NCBI GenBank assembly: GCA_049972095.1
Contig: JBMFKQ010000015.1
Location: 1 to 36,366 of the forward strand
Origin: Elusimicrobiales bacterium
Lineage (GTDB): Bacteria; Elusimicrobiota; Elusimicrobia; Elusimicrobiales; UBA9959
DNA: 36,366 nt
Direction: 5' to 3'
Shown here piece after piece: positions 19,357 through 29,183 of this stretch; the stretch's first letter is position 1; each line of letters opens with the position of its first letter. The position numbers and the translations under genes were made by a program. The notes below the pieces were generated by a model. The model was not told the DNA's origin. It ran no database searches and saw only the letters and a list, made by a program, of their open reading frames with translations.

Positions 19357-20814
19357 GCTTTTAAAAAAATTTCTTACATACTCAGCTGCTTTCTCTTTTG
19401 TTGTGATCTTACCCTCAAGTTGAAGATTTATAAGCCTCTTCTTTATCTTTCCAACAAGAGGGGAAGGAGGTATTGAAAGCAATTTCATTATATCATTGCC
19501 ATCAAGAAGTGGTTTTATATCAAGAGCAAAACTGAAATTATTATAATTTTTTATCATAAGATTTACAACCTGCATAAATCTAATAGTTTTCCTCAAACCA
19601 GTTTTAGAAAGCTTTTTTACAAGTGGTTGCGGTGTTTTTTTAATCTTATCAACTATACTTAAAAGCTTTGATTTTTTTATATGACTTGCATAATCTGCCC
19701 ATGAAAGCACAAGAAGCCCAAGAGTATATTGTTTCACATCATAAAAAACCCTAAGCAAAGCCTTTTTTGTAAGCGGATCATTTGAAGCAATACTACCAAT
19801 TCTAAGATGATGCTTGATTATTGATAAGATGTAGTCAATCTCCTTATTTGAGAATCTAAATCTTTCAAGATATTCTTTTGTTATCTCAACACCTTTTTGC
19901 TCATGACCAAAGAACCTCAACCTTCCATCTATAACACGAGCTGTGTGAGGTTTTGCTATATCATGAAAAAGTCCTGCTATTTTTATAAGATACCTTTCTT
20001 CTTCAAGCCTTTGAATAAGTGATGGAGGGATATCTGTATATCTTTGTGGCTTTTCAAAATACATATCAAGCCTTTCTATAACACTTAAGGTATGTTTTAT
20101 GACACCATCCTTCCCGTAATAGACATTAGCACAACCAACCTGCTTTTTAAGATCAGTAAAAAGCTCAAAAAGTACTTCTGTATCAAGCATAAGCTTTGAT
20201 GCGGTAAAAAACCTATCAGTTGATGCCATCTTTACAATCTCATCCCTTATCCTTTCAGCTGCAACTATATGAATAAGCTTTTTCTTTTTACATATGAGTT
20301 TTTTAGTGCTTGGGCAAATCCTTAGGTTAAACTGACTAGCCAACCTAAAAGCCCTTAGAATCCTTAAAGGATCTTCATCAAAAACCTTTTCAGTTATATG
20401 TCTTACAACTCCATCACTGATATCCTTAAAACCTTTTTTAGTTAAGTCTAATATCTTTTTATCCGAAAACCTAAACAAAAAAGTTTCTTTTTTTATCCTG
20501 ATATCAACATCTCCAATTTTAATAGCAAGTGAGTTAATGGTAAAATCCCTTCTTATTATGTCTGAAAACAAATCATCGGCTCTTGAAATATCAATCGTAA
20601 GACCTTTTCCCAAAGTAACCCTCCATATATCTCTTTCCTTATCAAGCGCAAAAAGAGTAAATCTTTTTGAAGCCCTTTTGATTATATCTTTGAAATCATC
20701 ACAACAAGCTATGCATACAATATCAATGTCCTTTATATCACCCTTTGAAAGAAGACAATCCCTTATACATCCACCAACAATATAAGAATTTGATCCAAAG
20801 ATTTTACTAAACAT
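19345..20814 (-). CDS. cca: CCA tRNA nucleotidyltransferase / poly(A) polymerase family protein with HD domain
   Basis: VGGCIRD.LL...DID, RRDFTIN, EDPLRILRAFR, ERI.DE, HDIAKP, F.GH and C-terminal L.G.D.M..L...P.P.VG motifs. Confidence 0.85.
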   Translation of the reverse strand: MFSKIFGSNSYIVGGCIRDCLLSKGDIKDIDIVCIACCDDFKDIIKRASKRFTLFALDKERDIWRVTLGKGLTIDISRADDLFSDIIRRDFTINSLAIKIGDVDIRIKKETFLFRFSDKKILDLTKKGFKDISDGVVRHITEKVFDEDPLRILRAFRLASQFNLRICPSTKKLICKKKKLIHIVAAERIRDEIVKMASTDRFFTASKLMLDTEVLFELFTDLKKQVGCANVYYGKDGVIKHTLSVIERLDMYFEKPQRYTDIPPSLIQRLEEERYLIKIAGLFHDIAKPHTARVIDGRLRFFGHEQKGVEITKEYLERFRFSNKEIDYILSIIKHHLRIGSIASNDPLTKKALLRVFYDVKQYTLGLLVLSWADYASHIKKSKLLSIVDKIKKTPQPLVKKLSKTGLRKTIRFMQVVNLMIKNYNNFSFALDIKPLLDGNDIMKLLSIPPSPLVGKIKKRLINLQLEGKITTKEKAAEYVRNFFKSLSL

Positions 20815-20840
20815 AAATAAATTTTATCATTTTGGCAAAA

Positions 20841-21707
20841 TTAGCGTATTCTTGGATCAAAAACATCACGCACCGACTCACCTATAAGATTAAAGCCCAG
20901 AACAAAGAAGAATATGAATGCTGAGGGAATAAAGATAGTATGAGCATATAAAAGGGGATCTGAAAAGCTTGATATTATCCAGTTTCTTGACATTGAAATA
21001 ATCTGACCCCAATCAGCATAACCCTCCGGACTACCTATTCCAAGAAAGCTTAATGATGAGGCAATCAGAACAACATTTGCTATATCAAGAGATGCCATAA
21101 CAAGAACGGTATATATTGAATTCGGTATTATGTGTTTTGAAAATATCCAAAAAGAGCTTGCCCCTAATATCTTTGAATATGTTATAAAATCAGAGTTTTT
21201 TATCCTAATCACCTCACTCCTGAAAATCCTGGCATAGCCAGGCCACCAGACACAACTAACAGCTATTATTATGTTGTTTATCCCAGGGCCTAAAACCGTT
21301 GCAATAACCATAGCAAGGACGAGTGAGGGCATTGACATCACAGTATCTGTAAATCTCATAATAATCTCATCAACAAATCCACCATAATATCCTGAAACCC
21401 CACCAAGAAGAAGGCCTATAATAAACGAGATAAAAACAACTGCTATGCTTATTTTAACTGCAAGTCTTGTTCCCCATATCATTGCATAGAATATATCATA
21501 CTGATTTTGTGTAGTTCCAAATGGATATTTAAGAGAGGGTTTTTTTGGTTGAATATCAAAGCCATGCTGCTTAACGATATAAGGGTCTGAACTGATAGGT
21601 GGAGCAATAATAGGAGCAAGCAAGGCAATAGCAAAATAAAAGGCTACAATAATCAATCCTATCTTTGAGGTTCGGTTTGAAAGGATTTTTTTAACAATAT
21701 CATTCAT
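20841..21707 (-). CDS. oppC: Oligopeptide/dipeptide ABC transporter permease
   Basis: PS..YPFGT....DI, GG..DE..MR..D, SLSFLG.G and GFNL.GE..RD..DPR motifs. Start moved to ATG 21707 with a GAGGA SD. Confidence 0.88.
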   Translation of the reverse strand: MNDIVKKILSNRTSKIGLIIVAFYFAIALLAPIIAPPISSDPYIVKQHGFDIQPKKPSLKYPFGTTQNQYDIFYAMIWGTRLAVKISIAVVFISFIIGLLLGGVSGYYGGFVDEIIMRFTDTVMSMPSLVLAMVIATVLGPGINNIIIAVSCVWWPGYARIFRSEVIRIKNSDFITYSKILGASSFWIFSKHIIPNSIYTVLVMASLDIANVVLIASSLSFLGIGSPEGYADWGQIISMSRNWIISSFSDPLLYAHTIFIPSAFIFFFVLGFNLIGESVRDVFDPRIR

Positions 21708-22731
21708 ATCTAATCCTCGGATCAACATAAGCATAAAGAATATCAACAATAAGATTTCCGATAAGAAAAAGCAGAGCAACAAGCATTGAAAAACCCATTA
21801 TACCGCTTATATCAAGCTGCCGTGCAGATTTAACACCCCAGCTTCCTATACCAGGCCAGTCAAAGACTGTTTCAACTATCACAACACCACTTAGAAGTCT
21901 TATAAGCTGAAGACCACCAACAGTTATTTGAGGAATCAATATATTCTTCCTAATGTGTTCTCTCATTATATAATCTTCCTCAAGCCCCTTTGCTTTTAGG
22001 GTTCTTACATAATCCTTTCCAAGCTCATCAAGCGTTGAAATTCTTGTTATTTTTATAAAGACAGCAGAGGTCCCAATGAAGATAGCAAGCGAAGGACCAA
22101 GGATATGGAAAAGACAATCTATAAGGACTTTAAAGTTTAAATTAAGTATGCTGTCTAAAATCATAAATCCACTATATCTTACAAACTGCCCTGTTGATAT
22201 GAGTATCTCAGTTTCAACAGAGTATCTCTGAGGTTTAAAAACCCCTAAGATACCATAAAAGATATACAGAAGAATTATCCCTATCACAAAAGATGGCAGT
22301 GAATAAAAGAATGTAGATGTTGATTGAACAACCTTATCAAAAAGACTTCCTTTTTTAAGAGCACTTCTTAAGCCAAGCCAGTTTCCTATTATAAAAATAG
22401 GTATAACTGCAAAAAGAGCAAGCTCAAATGTAGCAGGGAGATAAACCCTAAATGCATCCACAACACTCATCTTTGCAGCATGAGAATATCCTAAATCTCC
22501 TTTAAATGCCCTTGAAAACCATGATATATATCTTGAAACAAAACCCTTATCAAGTCCATATCTCTTAATTATATTCTCGATCTCCTGTTTTGATAGCTCT
22601 TTATCGGAGCTTGTGTATGCTGTTGCAAGTATCTGAGCAGGTAGGAGATTGACAGCAGAAAAGATTATAAAAGTTATTCCAAAAAATGTTAAAGGTATAA
22701 ATATAATCCTTTTAAAAATGTATCTTCTCAT
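21700..22731 (-). CDS. oppB: Oligopeptide/dipeptide ABC transporter permease
   Basis: YGLDK, GDLG.S, PAT.EL, DYVRT..AKGL, ETVF.WPGIG and DILYA.VDPRIR motifs. Confidence 0.9.
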   Translation of the reverse strand: MRRYIFKRIIFIPLTFFGITFIIFSAVNLLPAQILATAYTSSDKELSKQEIENIIKRYGLDKGFVSRYISWFSRAFKGDLGYSHAAKMSVVDAFRVYLPATFELALFAVIPIFIIGNWLGLRSALKKGSLFDKVVQSTSTFFYSLPSFVIGIILLYIFYGILGVFKPQRYSVETEILISTGQFVRYSGFMILDSILNLNFKVLIDCLFHILGPSLAIFIGTSAVFIKITRISTLDELGKDYVRTLKAKGLEEDYIMREHIRKNILIPQITVGGLQLIRLLSGVVIVETVFDWPGIGSWGVKSARQLDISGIMGFSMLVALLFLIGNLIVDILYAYVDPRIRYE

Positions 22732-23624
22732 AAATCCTTATACCTCACACAGCTGACATAATGTGCATCTTGAACCAAAAACAATCTTCCATTATAATAA
22801 CTGCAGATCCGCCAGATATAAGGGCATCTATAAGAAAAAGGACAGGGAGATTTAATCTCACAAGACTTCTTATCAAAGAAACCTCGTTTTTTTGTGCCAA
22901 TAGAAAGTATTGAAGAAATAAGAAGCTTTGTGTAAGGATGAGCAGGTTTTTCTATTATGGAAGATGTTGGACCAATCTCTGCTATTTCACCCTTAAGAAA
23001 AACAACAGTTTTCTCTGTAAGATAATACACAAATGATATATCATGGGAAACAAATATCATAGCAAAACCATACTTCTTTTGAAGATCATCAAGAAGATTT
23101 AAAACCTGACCAGCAACAGATACATCAAGTCCAGAGACAGGCTCATCACATATTAAAAGATCAGGCTGAAGTGTAAGTGCCCTGGCTATTGATACTCTTT
23201 GTCTCTGACCCCCTGATATCTGATGAGGGTATTTTGAGCCAAGAGTAGGGTTCAGACCAACATCCATCATAACCCTTTCAAAAATATCACCCAAATCATT
23301 TTTCTTAAAACCTTTTATAACAAGAGGCTCTGTAACTATATCAAAAACCCTCATCCTTGGATTAAGGCTTGAGGCAGGGTCCTGAAACACAAACTGTATA
23401 TTTCTTTTTGGACTCCTCCATAAAACCTGACCTTCATTTTTCTCAATTTGAGCTATAACCCTGCAAAGAGTTGTTTTACCACTGCCTGATTGACCCAAAA
23501 TTCCTATTCTTTCACCTCTTCTGATATTGATACTTACATTCCTTAAAGCATAAAAATCTCCATACTTAACGCTGACATTTACAAGCTCAAGGATATTATC
23601 TGTTCCAACAACGGTAATATCCAT
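22728..23624 (-). CDS. oppF: Oligopeptide ABC transporter ATP-binding protein
   Basis: GQSGSGKT, FQDP..SLNPR, SGGQRQR, CDEPVS.LD, HPYT and Cys-rich tail. Likely start ATG 23624. Confidence 0.88.
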   Translation of the reverse strand: MDITVVGTDNILELVNVSVKYGDFYALRNVSINIRRGERIGILGQSGSGKTTLCRVIAQIEKNEGQVLWRSPKRNIQFVFQDPASSLNPRMRVFDIVTEPLVIKGFKKNDLGDIFERVMMDVGLNPTLGSKYPHQISGGQRQRVSIARALTLQPDLLICDEPVSGLDVSVAGQVLNLLDDLQKKYGFAMIFVSHDISFVYYLTEKTVVFLKGEIAEIGPTSSIIEKPAHPYTKLLISSILSIGTKKRGFFDKKSCEIKSPCPFSYRCPYIWRICSYYNGRLFLVQDAHYVSCVRYKDL

Positions 23625-24543
23625 CCTTTCTTTCCTTAAGTGGAGGTTTTTCATTATAACAGTTATCTGTTGCAAAAGGACATCTTCCATAAAATCTACA
23701 CCCATCATTAATATCCTTTATCTCAGGTGGAAGCCCTTCAATAGGTTTTATTCTTTCTTTTAAGCCAAGCTTTATAACAGATGAGAGAAGTGCAGAGGTA
23801 TATGGATGAGCTGGATTTTCTATGACTGAATCAGTCTTTCCCTCCTCAACAATCTGTCCAAGATACATCACATAAACATAATCTGAGTAGTTGTAAACAA
23901 CGCTTATATTATGAGAGATAAGAACAAAAGAAATTTTTCTTTCTCTTGAGAGTCTTTCAAGAAGATTTAGTATCTCTATCTGCGTTACAACATCAAGGGA
24001 TGTAGTAGGTTCATCTGCTATAACAAGATCTGGATTTGAAAGAAGAGCCATTGCTATGAGTATCCTTTGTCTTTGACCTCCTGAAAAATTATGTGGATAT
24101 AGGTTAATCTTAAAAGGATCTATTCCTACATCAACAAGAGATTTTTCAGCCATCTCACAGGCCGTTTTATAATCGGCAATACCATGTTGTGTAAGAATCT
24201 CAGTCATTTGTTTTTTTATATTTACAACAGGATTTAAAGCAGTCATTGGCTCCTGAAAAATAAATGATATCTTTCTCCCACGAATTTTTCTTAACTCACT
24301 ATCACTTACTCTAAGAAGATCCTTTCCATCAAATACTATCATTCCAGACTCTATCTCAAATACCCAAGGTATAAGCCTTATTACTGAAAGAAAGGTTAGG
24401 GTTTTACCGCTTCCTGACTCACCAACAACAGCTGTAATCTTACCCTGCTCTACTTTCAAATCTATACCATCTATAACACTATATTTTTTAAATCCATCAA
24501 CAAGATTAACCCTTAGGTTTTTTATCTCAAGAGGATATCTCAT
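23596..24543 (-). CDS. oppD: Oligopeptide ABC transporter ATP-binding protein
   Basis: GESGSGKT, FQEPMTALNP, SGGQRQR, ADEPTT.LD, HPYT and GCRF..RC motifs. Confidence 0.9.
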   Translation of the reverse strand: MRYPLEIKNLRVNLVDGFKKYSVIDGIDLKVEQGKITAVVGESGSGKTLTFLSVIRLIPWVFEIESGMIVFDGKDLLRVSDSELRKIRGRKISFIFQEPMTALNPVVNIKKQMTEILTQHGIADYKTACEMAEKSLVDVGIDPFKINLYPHNFSGGQRQRILIAMALLSNPDLVIADEPTTSLDVVTQIEILNLLERLSRERKISFVLISHNISVVYNYSDYVYVMYLGQIVEEGKTDSVIENPAHPYTSALLSSVIKLGLKERIKPIEGLPPEIKDINDGCRFYGRCPFATDNCYNEKPPLKERKDGYYRCWNR

Positions 24544-24992
24544 CTAAGCTTTGAATCAATTATAACAGTAACAGGTCCATCGTTCATTATGCTTACAAGC
24601 ATATCTGCTTGGAAAACCCCTCTTTTTATTTTGGCAGGATTATAAAGGTTTGAAAGAATACTAATAAAGGCATCATAATATTCCCTTGCTTTTTCTTTTT
24701 CCATCGCCATAGTAAAATCTGGCCTTCTACCCTTTCTGACATCTCCAAGAAGCGTAAACTGTGAAACAACAAGGATCTCACCATCAATATCCTTAATTGA
24801 AAGGTCAAACCTTCCTTCTCTGTTTTCAAAAACCCTTAAGTTTATTATCTTATTTGCACTCCACAAAAGATCATTATGCGTATCATTCTTTGAAAACCCA
24901 CAGAGTATTACAAAGCCTTTTTTTATCTCTGAATATACATTACCTTCAACACAAACACTTCCACTTATAACCCTCTGAACAACGGATATCAC
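24540..24992 (-). CDS. dtd: D-aminoacyl-tRNA deacylase
   Basis: VQRV, LRVF, VSQFTL, KGRRP.F and NDGPVT motifs; GTG start. Confidence 0.96.
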   Translation of the reverse strand: MISVVQRVISGSVCVEGNVYSEIKKGFVILCGFSKNDTHNDLLWSANKIINLRVFENREGRFDLSIKDIDGEILVVSQFTLLGDVRKGRRPDFTMAMEKEKAREYYDAFISILSNLYNPAKIKRGVFQADMLVSIMNDGPVTVIIDSKLR

Positions 24993-25027
24993 TTTCTCAT
25001 CCTACTTTGAGGTGCAAGCCTCTTTGC

Positions 25028-26152
25028 TCAATCTTCAAATATCTCAACATTGGCTCTTGGAAGCTTAACCCGCACACCCCCCTCAAGCTCAACCTCAACT
25101 ATTCTTACATAGCTTTCTGTATCTATCATAGTGGGCTGGGGAGGAAGATCAGTAACCTTACCTATCTTTCCAAAGAAAGGTTCTCTTATTATTCTCACCT
25201 TATCTCCAATCTCCATCCATGTTCTCATCTCATCCCTTCTTTTGACATCCATATTTTTTGGAGCACCTGCAACTATTATCTCAGGCCTCATAACCCCAGC
25301 TCTTATCTGAGTTGCACCTGAAACAGAAGCCTTTTCACCCTCCCTTGCTTTAAGAAGCATAAAAGTAGAGTAAGCCATAGGAATATATCCAAATCCCTCC
25401 GTTACCACAATAGTTATTCCTATCTGTTCTGTTCCAGTAACAGCAACCCCTATATCATAGCCAAGAAGCTGCCTTAAATCCTTATCATGTATACCACCGA
25501 CAACAATAGCACTAACCCCAATCTTTATTGCCCTTTTAATAGTCTCAAGCCCTGCATGTTTTCCACCAACAATAACCTTCCCCTTATCACTCTCAAATAT
25601 ATGCTCAGGTAAAAGATCTTCATCACAAGTCTCTACAGCAACCCTAATCTCTCCATTTCTCTCTCCACCAATACCAAATATTCCTTGTATAAATGTTCCT
25701 TCAGTTTCTATCTCAACACCAAAATTCTTCTCAACCTTTATTACCTTACCTTTTATATAGGCTTTTAAAGGAAGTATTCTAGGAGGTTCTCGGAGAAGAA
25801 CCTGTCCTGTAACATCTGATATAGAATCAATCTTCCCCGTGATCGGTGACTCAACAGTAGATCTAAAAAACTTAATGAATGATTTGGTCTCAGCTATTAT
25901 CTCCCCTTTTTTAACATCATCTCCTTCCCTCTTAAGCATATAGCTTTTCAGCTCTGAAGCATCCACACCAAGACGATTTGCAACATTAACTGAGTGAACC
26001 TTTCCCGCAAGCTCAGCCTCTGCAACAACATCGTTTGAGTCAACCTCCTTACCAACATCTACTAAGACCTTGCCGGGTATTGGAAGAAGTCTCTTCTTTT
26101 TTATAAGAGTAAGTGGAAGAACCTTCAAACCCGCTGTATATGCATGAGCCAT
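25028..26152 (-). CDS. Conserved hypothetical protein with barrel-sandwich hybrid motifs and a C-terminal KOW-like domain
   Basis: GKVLVDVGKEV...DVVAE and KREGDDVKKGEIIAE...SPITGKI hybrid motifs; Gly-rich alpha/beta middle; IGDKVRIIREPFFGKIGKV KOW; GGAGG SD. Confidence 0.8.
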   Translation of the reverse strand: MAHAYTAGLKVLPLTLIKKKRLLPIPGKVLVDVGKEVDSNDVVAEAELAGKVHSVNVANRLGVDASELKSYMLKREGDDVKKGEIIAETKSFIKFFRSTVESPITGKIDSISDVTGQVLLREPPRILPLKAYIKGKVIKVEKNFGVEIETEGTFIQGIFGIGGERNGEIRVAVETCDEDLLPEHIFESDKGKVIVGGKHAGLETIKRAIKIGVSAIVVGGIHDKDLRQLLGYDIGVAVTGTEQIGITIVVTEGFGYIPMAYSTFMLLKAREGEKASVSGATQIRAGVMRPEIIVAGAPKNMDVKRRDEMRTWMEIGDKVRIIREPFFGKIGKVTDLPPQPTMIDTESYVRIVEVELEGGVRVKLPRANVEIFED

Positions 26153-26165
26153 TATATCCTCCCTA

Positions 26166-27962
26166 TCATTTTTTCGGATACATATTTACTCTTTCAAACC
26201 ACTTCAAAAGCATCTCAACCCTTTTTGATTCAGCTTTTGGAGGCTCAAAAGGCCTTCCTCTTCCATCAAAAAGTATTCCACCGACCCCACCCTGAATTTC
26301 CGCTCTTAGCTTAGAACCTTTCCCTCCACCAACATCAAAGTTTTTTGCAGGTTTAAGGATTATATTAGCCTTATCATCTCTAAACTCAACAATATAAATC
26401 TCACCATATCTTAACTCACCACTTATATTCCTCCCATCATCTGTTTTTATCTCCCACTCAAGAATAAGCTGTCCATCCTTGGCAAGACCTACGGGAGCCA
26501 CACAGCTTCCAAGTTTTATAAGGCAATCATGATAAAACACATCAAGAGCCGCTTTTTCACTTATCTGAGAAAGAACGCCAAGATGTGGCATCATAAATAT
26601 TGAGTCAACCGCAAGCATTGTAACACCCTCCAGCTGATATGCATCTGTCATAAGCATCATAGCTTGAACTCTTCTTGGTGAATGAGCAAGCACACCACCT
26701 GAACCTATAACATAGTCGAGTTTCATCATATCTATAAGAGACTGTCCCGTTAAAGTTTGCTCAAAAGCATCAGATATACTTCTTTCCTGCTGAACACCTT
26801 TAAGTCCAACTGCAAGCATTTTATGTTGTTCAAGAGCAAGTCTCAAAGCCTCTCTTGCAACAGCATGTTCAATCATCAAATCCTCTATTGTCTGAGGTAT
26901 TGTTGTAGGTCTTATCATCTTATTTTTAAGACGATTCCTTACATCCTGTTCATCTATCTTAAAAGGAAGCCATCTCATTATATTATGAACACCTGCCTCA
27001 GCCATAACATTAGAAACTGAGTAGCTCATACCAAGGTTTGCACTGACTGTTCTATTAAATACCCCATCAAAAACAGAAAAGACATCTGTTGTAGCTCCGC
27101 CTATATCAACAGCAAGGACATTATAACCCTTGGCTTTTGCAAACTTCTCAGTCATAAGCCCAACAGCCATAGGAGTTGGCATTATAGGAGCTCCAACCAT
27201 CTTCATAAGTTTAGGATATCCAGGTGCCTGCTGCATAACATGTTCAAGAAAAACATCATGTATTTTATGTCTTGCAGGCATAAGATTTTCCCTCTCAAGA
27301 ACAGGTCTTATATTATCAGTAATTATAAGTGCGGTCCTTTCTCCAAGTATCTCTTTTATCTTATCCCTTGCAAGTAGATTTCCAGCATAGATAACAGGCA
27401 GTTTATATGATGCTCCAAGCCTTGGTTTAGGATCTGCTGCTTTTATAAAATTAGCAAGTTCAACAACATGAGATATGGTGCCACCATCAGTTCCACCTGA
27501 AAGAAGTATCATATCAGGTCTAAGCTGCCTTATTCTTTCAATCTTTTCATGATCAGCCCTTCCATCATTTGATGCTATAACATCCATAACTATTGCACCA
27601 GCACCAAGAGCACATCTTTGAGCTGATTCACCTGTCATAGCTTTAACAGCACCTGCAACCATCATCTGAAGCCCACCACCAGCAGAGCTTGTTGATACAT
27701 AAACATCAACTCCTACATTCCCATTGTTTGGCGTTATGACCTTATCACCATCAAGAATCTTTCTTCCAGAAAGCTCTTCAACCTCAGTTATAGCATTTCT
27801 AACCCCATATGTCACATCCTCAAAAGGGGATTCAACTGTTGTTGGAGCTTCCCCTCTAAATGTCTGGCGATATGTATCACCCTTTTTTTCTATAAGTATA
27901 GCCTTGGTCGTAGTACTGCCACAATCAGTTGCAATTATCACATTTAAATCCTTCTCATCCAT
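26166..27962 (-). CDS. Glutamate mutase L (GlmL/MutL)-like ASKHA ATPase
   Basis: DCGSTTTK (phosphate 1), SSAGGGL, GGTDGG, VDIGGATTDV (phosphate 2), NLGM and GSGGVL motifs; GGAGG SD. Confidence 0.88.
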   Translation of the reverse strand: MDEKDLNVIIATDCGSTTTKAILIEKKGDTYRQTFRGEAPTTVESPFEDVTYGVRNAITEVEELSGRKILDGDKVITPNNGNVGVDVYVSTSSAGGGLQMMVAGAVKAMTGESAQRCALGAGAIVMDVIASNDGRADHEKIERIRQLRPDMILLSGGTDGGTISHVVELANFIKAADPKPRLGASYKLPVIYAGNLLARDKIKEILGERTALIITDNIRPVLERENLMPARHKIHDVFLEHVMQQAPGYPKLMKMVGAPIMPTPMAVGLMTEKFAKAKGYNVLAVDIGGATTDVFSVFDGVFNRTVSANLGMSYSVSNVMAEAGVHNIMRWLPFKIDEQDVRNRLKNKMIRPTTIPQTIEDLMIEHAVAREALRLALEQHKMLAVGLKGVQQERSISDAFEQTLTGQSLIDMMKLDYVIGSGGVLAHSPRRVQAMMLMTDAYQLEGVTMLAVDSIFMMPHLGVLSQISEKAALDVFYHDCLIKLGSCVAPVGLAKDGQLILEWEIKTDDGRNISGELRYGEIYIVEFRDDKANIILKPAKNFDVGGGKGSKLRAEIQGGVGGILFDGRGRPFEPPKAESKRVEMLLKWFERVNMYPKK

Positions 27963-28257
27963 TTTTATCCTCCCTAAGCTGTTGTTTAAAGAATTCTAAA
28001 CCATTTGGATTTTCAAGTATCTCAGCCAGCTTTGTCATCTCATCATTAGAAAATATAAACCCAAAAATTGGCTTTGAAAAATATATCAGATTTGCAGCAA
28101 GATTATGAATAGGCCTTGTCCCCTCAACAATAAGCAGTGCAATATCCTCAAGTTTTTTTCCCTTTATCTTTGATGCTATCTTAACAATGAATTCTATCTC
28201 ATCATTAGTAAGCTGTCTGGAATAACCTATCTTAAAAGCATTCCTCCAAATACTCAT
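27955..28257 (-). CDS. Small hypothetical protein coupled to the GlmL-like gene
   Basis: 100-aa helical ORF overlapping the GlmL-like start by 8 nt; TATAAT 7 nt upstream of its ATG. Confidence 0.8.
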   Translation of the reverse strand: MSIWRNAFKIGYSRQLTNDEIEFIVKIASKIKGKKLEDIALLIVEGTRPIHNLAANLIYFSKPIFGFIFSNDEMTKLAEILENPNGLEFFKQQLREDKNG

Positions 28258-28275
28258 TAACTAAATTATATTAAT

Positions 28276-28764
28276 TTAAACTTTGAAATTCAATTTATCT
28301 TTTTTAAAACATCTTATATCTATTTTATTTCCCTCTTTAAATCCAAAAAAATTGCTCATACCTGAACTTATCTCAACAACATATTTTGCACTTCCATGCA
28401 CTAATGGAATTTTATCATCAGGTTCATCAGGGTAAGATGCTCTTATACCAGAATAGATTGTGTTTATCCTAAAATCTGATGAGATAAATATGATATCAAG
28501 TGGGACAAATGTATTTTTCATCCAAAAAACCCTATCTCTCTCATCATCAAAAATAAAAAGCATACCTTTTTTAGGATCAAGGGCTTTGACAAACATAAGG
28601 CCTATTGTTCTTTTAGAAGGGGTATCTGCTATATCCAGCTCAATATAATCTCTTCCGTCAGAGATTAATGCTTTGCTACAATCCTTAAACTCATCATTTC
28701 TAAAAAATAGCAGGAAAAAGATAATAAAGAACGAACTCACTATAATAATTGACATTATTTTCAT
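28276..28764 (-). CDS. DUF192 family protein
   Basis: ADT...R..GLM, GMLF.F, FWMKNT..PLDIIFI and YVVE motifs; N-terminal TM. Confidence 0.92.
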   Translation of the reverse strand: MKIMSIIIVSSFFIIFFLLFFRNDEFKDCSKALISDGRDYIELDIADTPSKRTIGLMFVKALDPKKGMLFIFDDERDRVFWMKNTFVPLDIIFISSDFRINTIYSGIRASYPDEPDDKIPLVHGSAKYVVEISSGMSNFFGFKEGNKIDIRCFKKDKLNFKV

Positions 28765-29183
28765 TTTCTAAAATACCTGAAAACAATATCCTTAAGGGTT
28801 TTTCTATCATCATCTATATTCTCAACCATTTTCTTAAGCTTCAAACCCTTATATCTAAAAACCTTATAATTGCAATCATAATACTGAAGTATTTCAATAA
28901 GAGTTTTTTTCTTTTTAGAAACCTCAAGCGCAGAGTAATAACTCTTTTCCTTCTCGCATATGCATACAAGCGCCGATGCTATTTCGGATCTGGTAAGGTT
29001 ATTTTTTTTAAGATTTAAAAGAATACTGCTGCTATAAGTGCTTCTCATTACCTCACAGTCTGAAGAGGTAGTTGATATTAGTCCATTAAGATATCCTATA
29101 TCATAAAATGATTTTGAGATAAAAGAGGTTGTAGAAATCTCCTGGGCTGATAGATATGAAAAAACTAAAAAAATCAAAAGCAT
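28761..29183 (-). CDS. Hypothetical secreted protein
   Basis: Signal-like N-terminus; overlaps the genes on both sides (translational coupling). Confidence 0.7.
   Translation of the reverse strand: MLLIFLVFSYLSAQEISTTSFISKSFYDIGYLNGLISTTSSDCEVMRSTYSSSILLNLKKNNLTRSEIASALVCICEKEKSYYSALEVSKKKKTLIEILQYYDCNYKVFRYKGLKLKKMVENIDDDRKTLKDIVFRYFRK

Noticed and set aside
25008..25022. Small GAGG/CCTC hairpin between the 374-aa gene and dtd as a terminator
   Set aside because: It is only a 4-bp stem with no U tract on the coding strand.
26166..27962. Annotation as mismatch-repair MutL or as a catalytic glutamate mutase
   Set aside because: It has ASKHA rather than GHKL motifs and no cobalamin-binding motif; the name overlap is historical.
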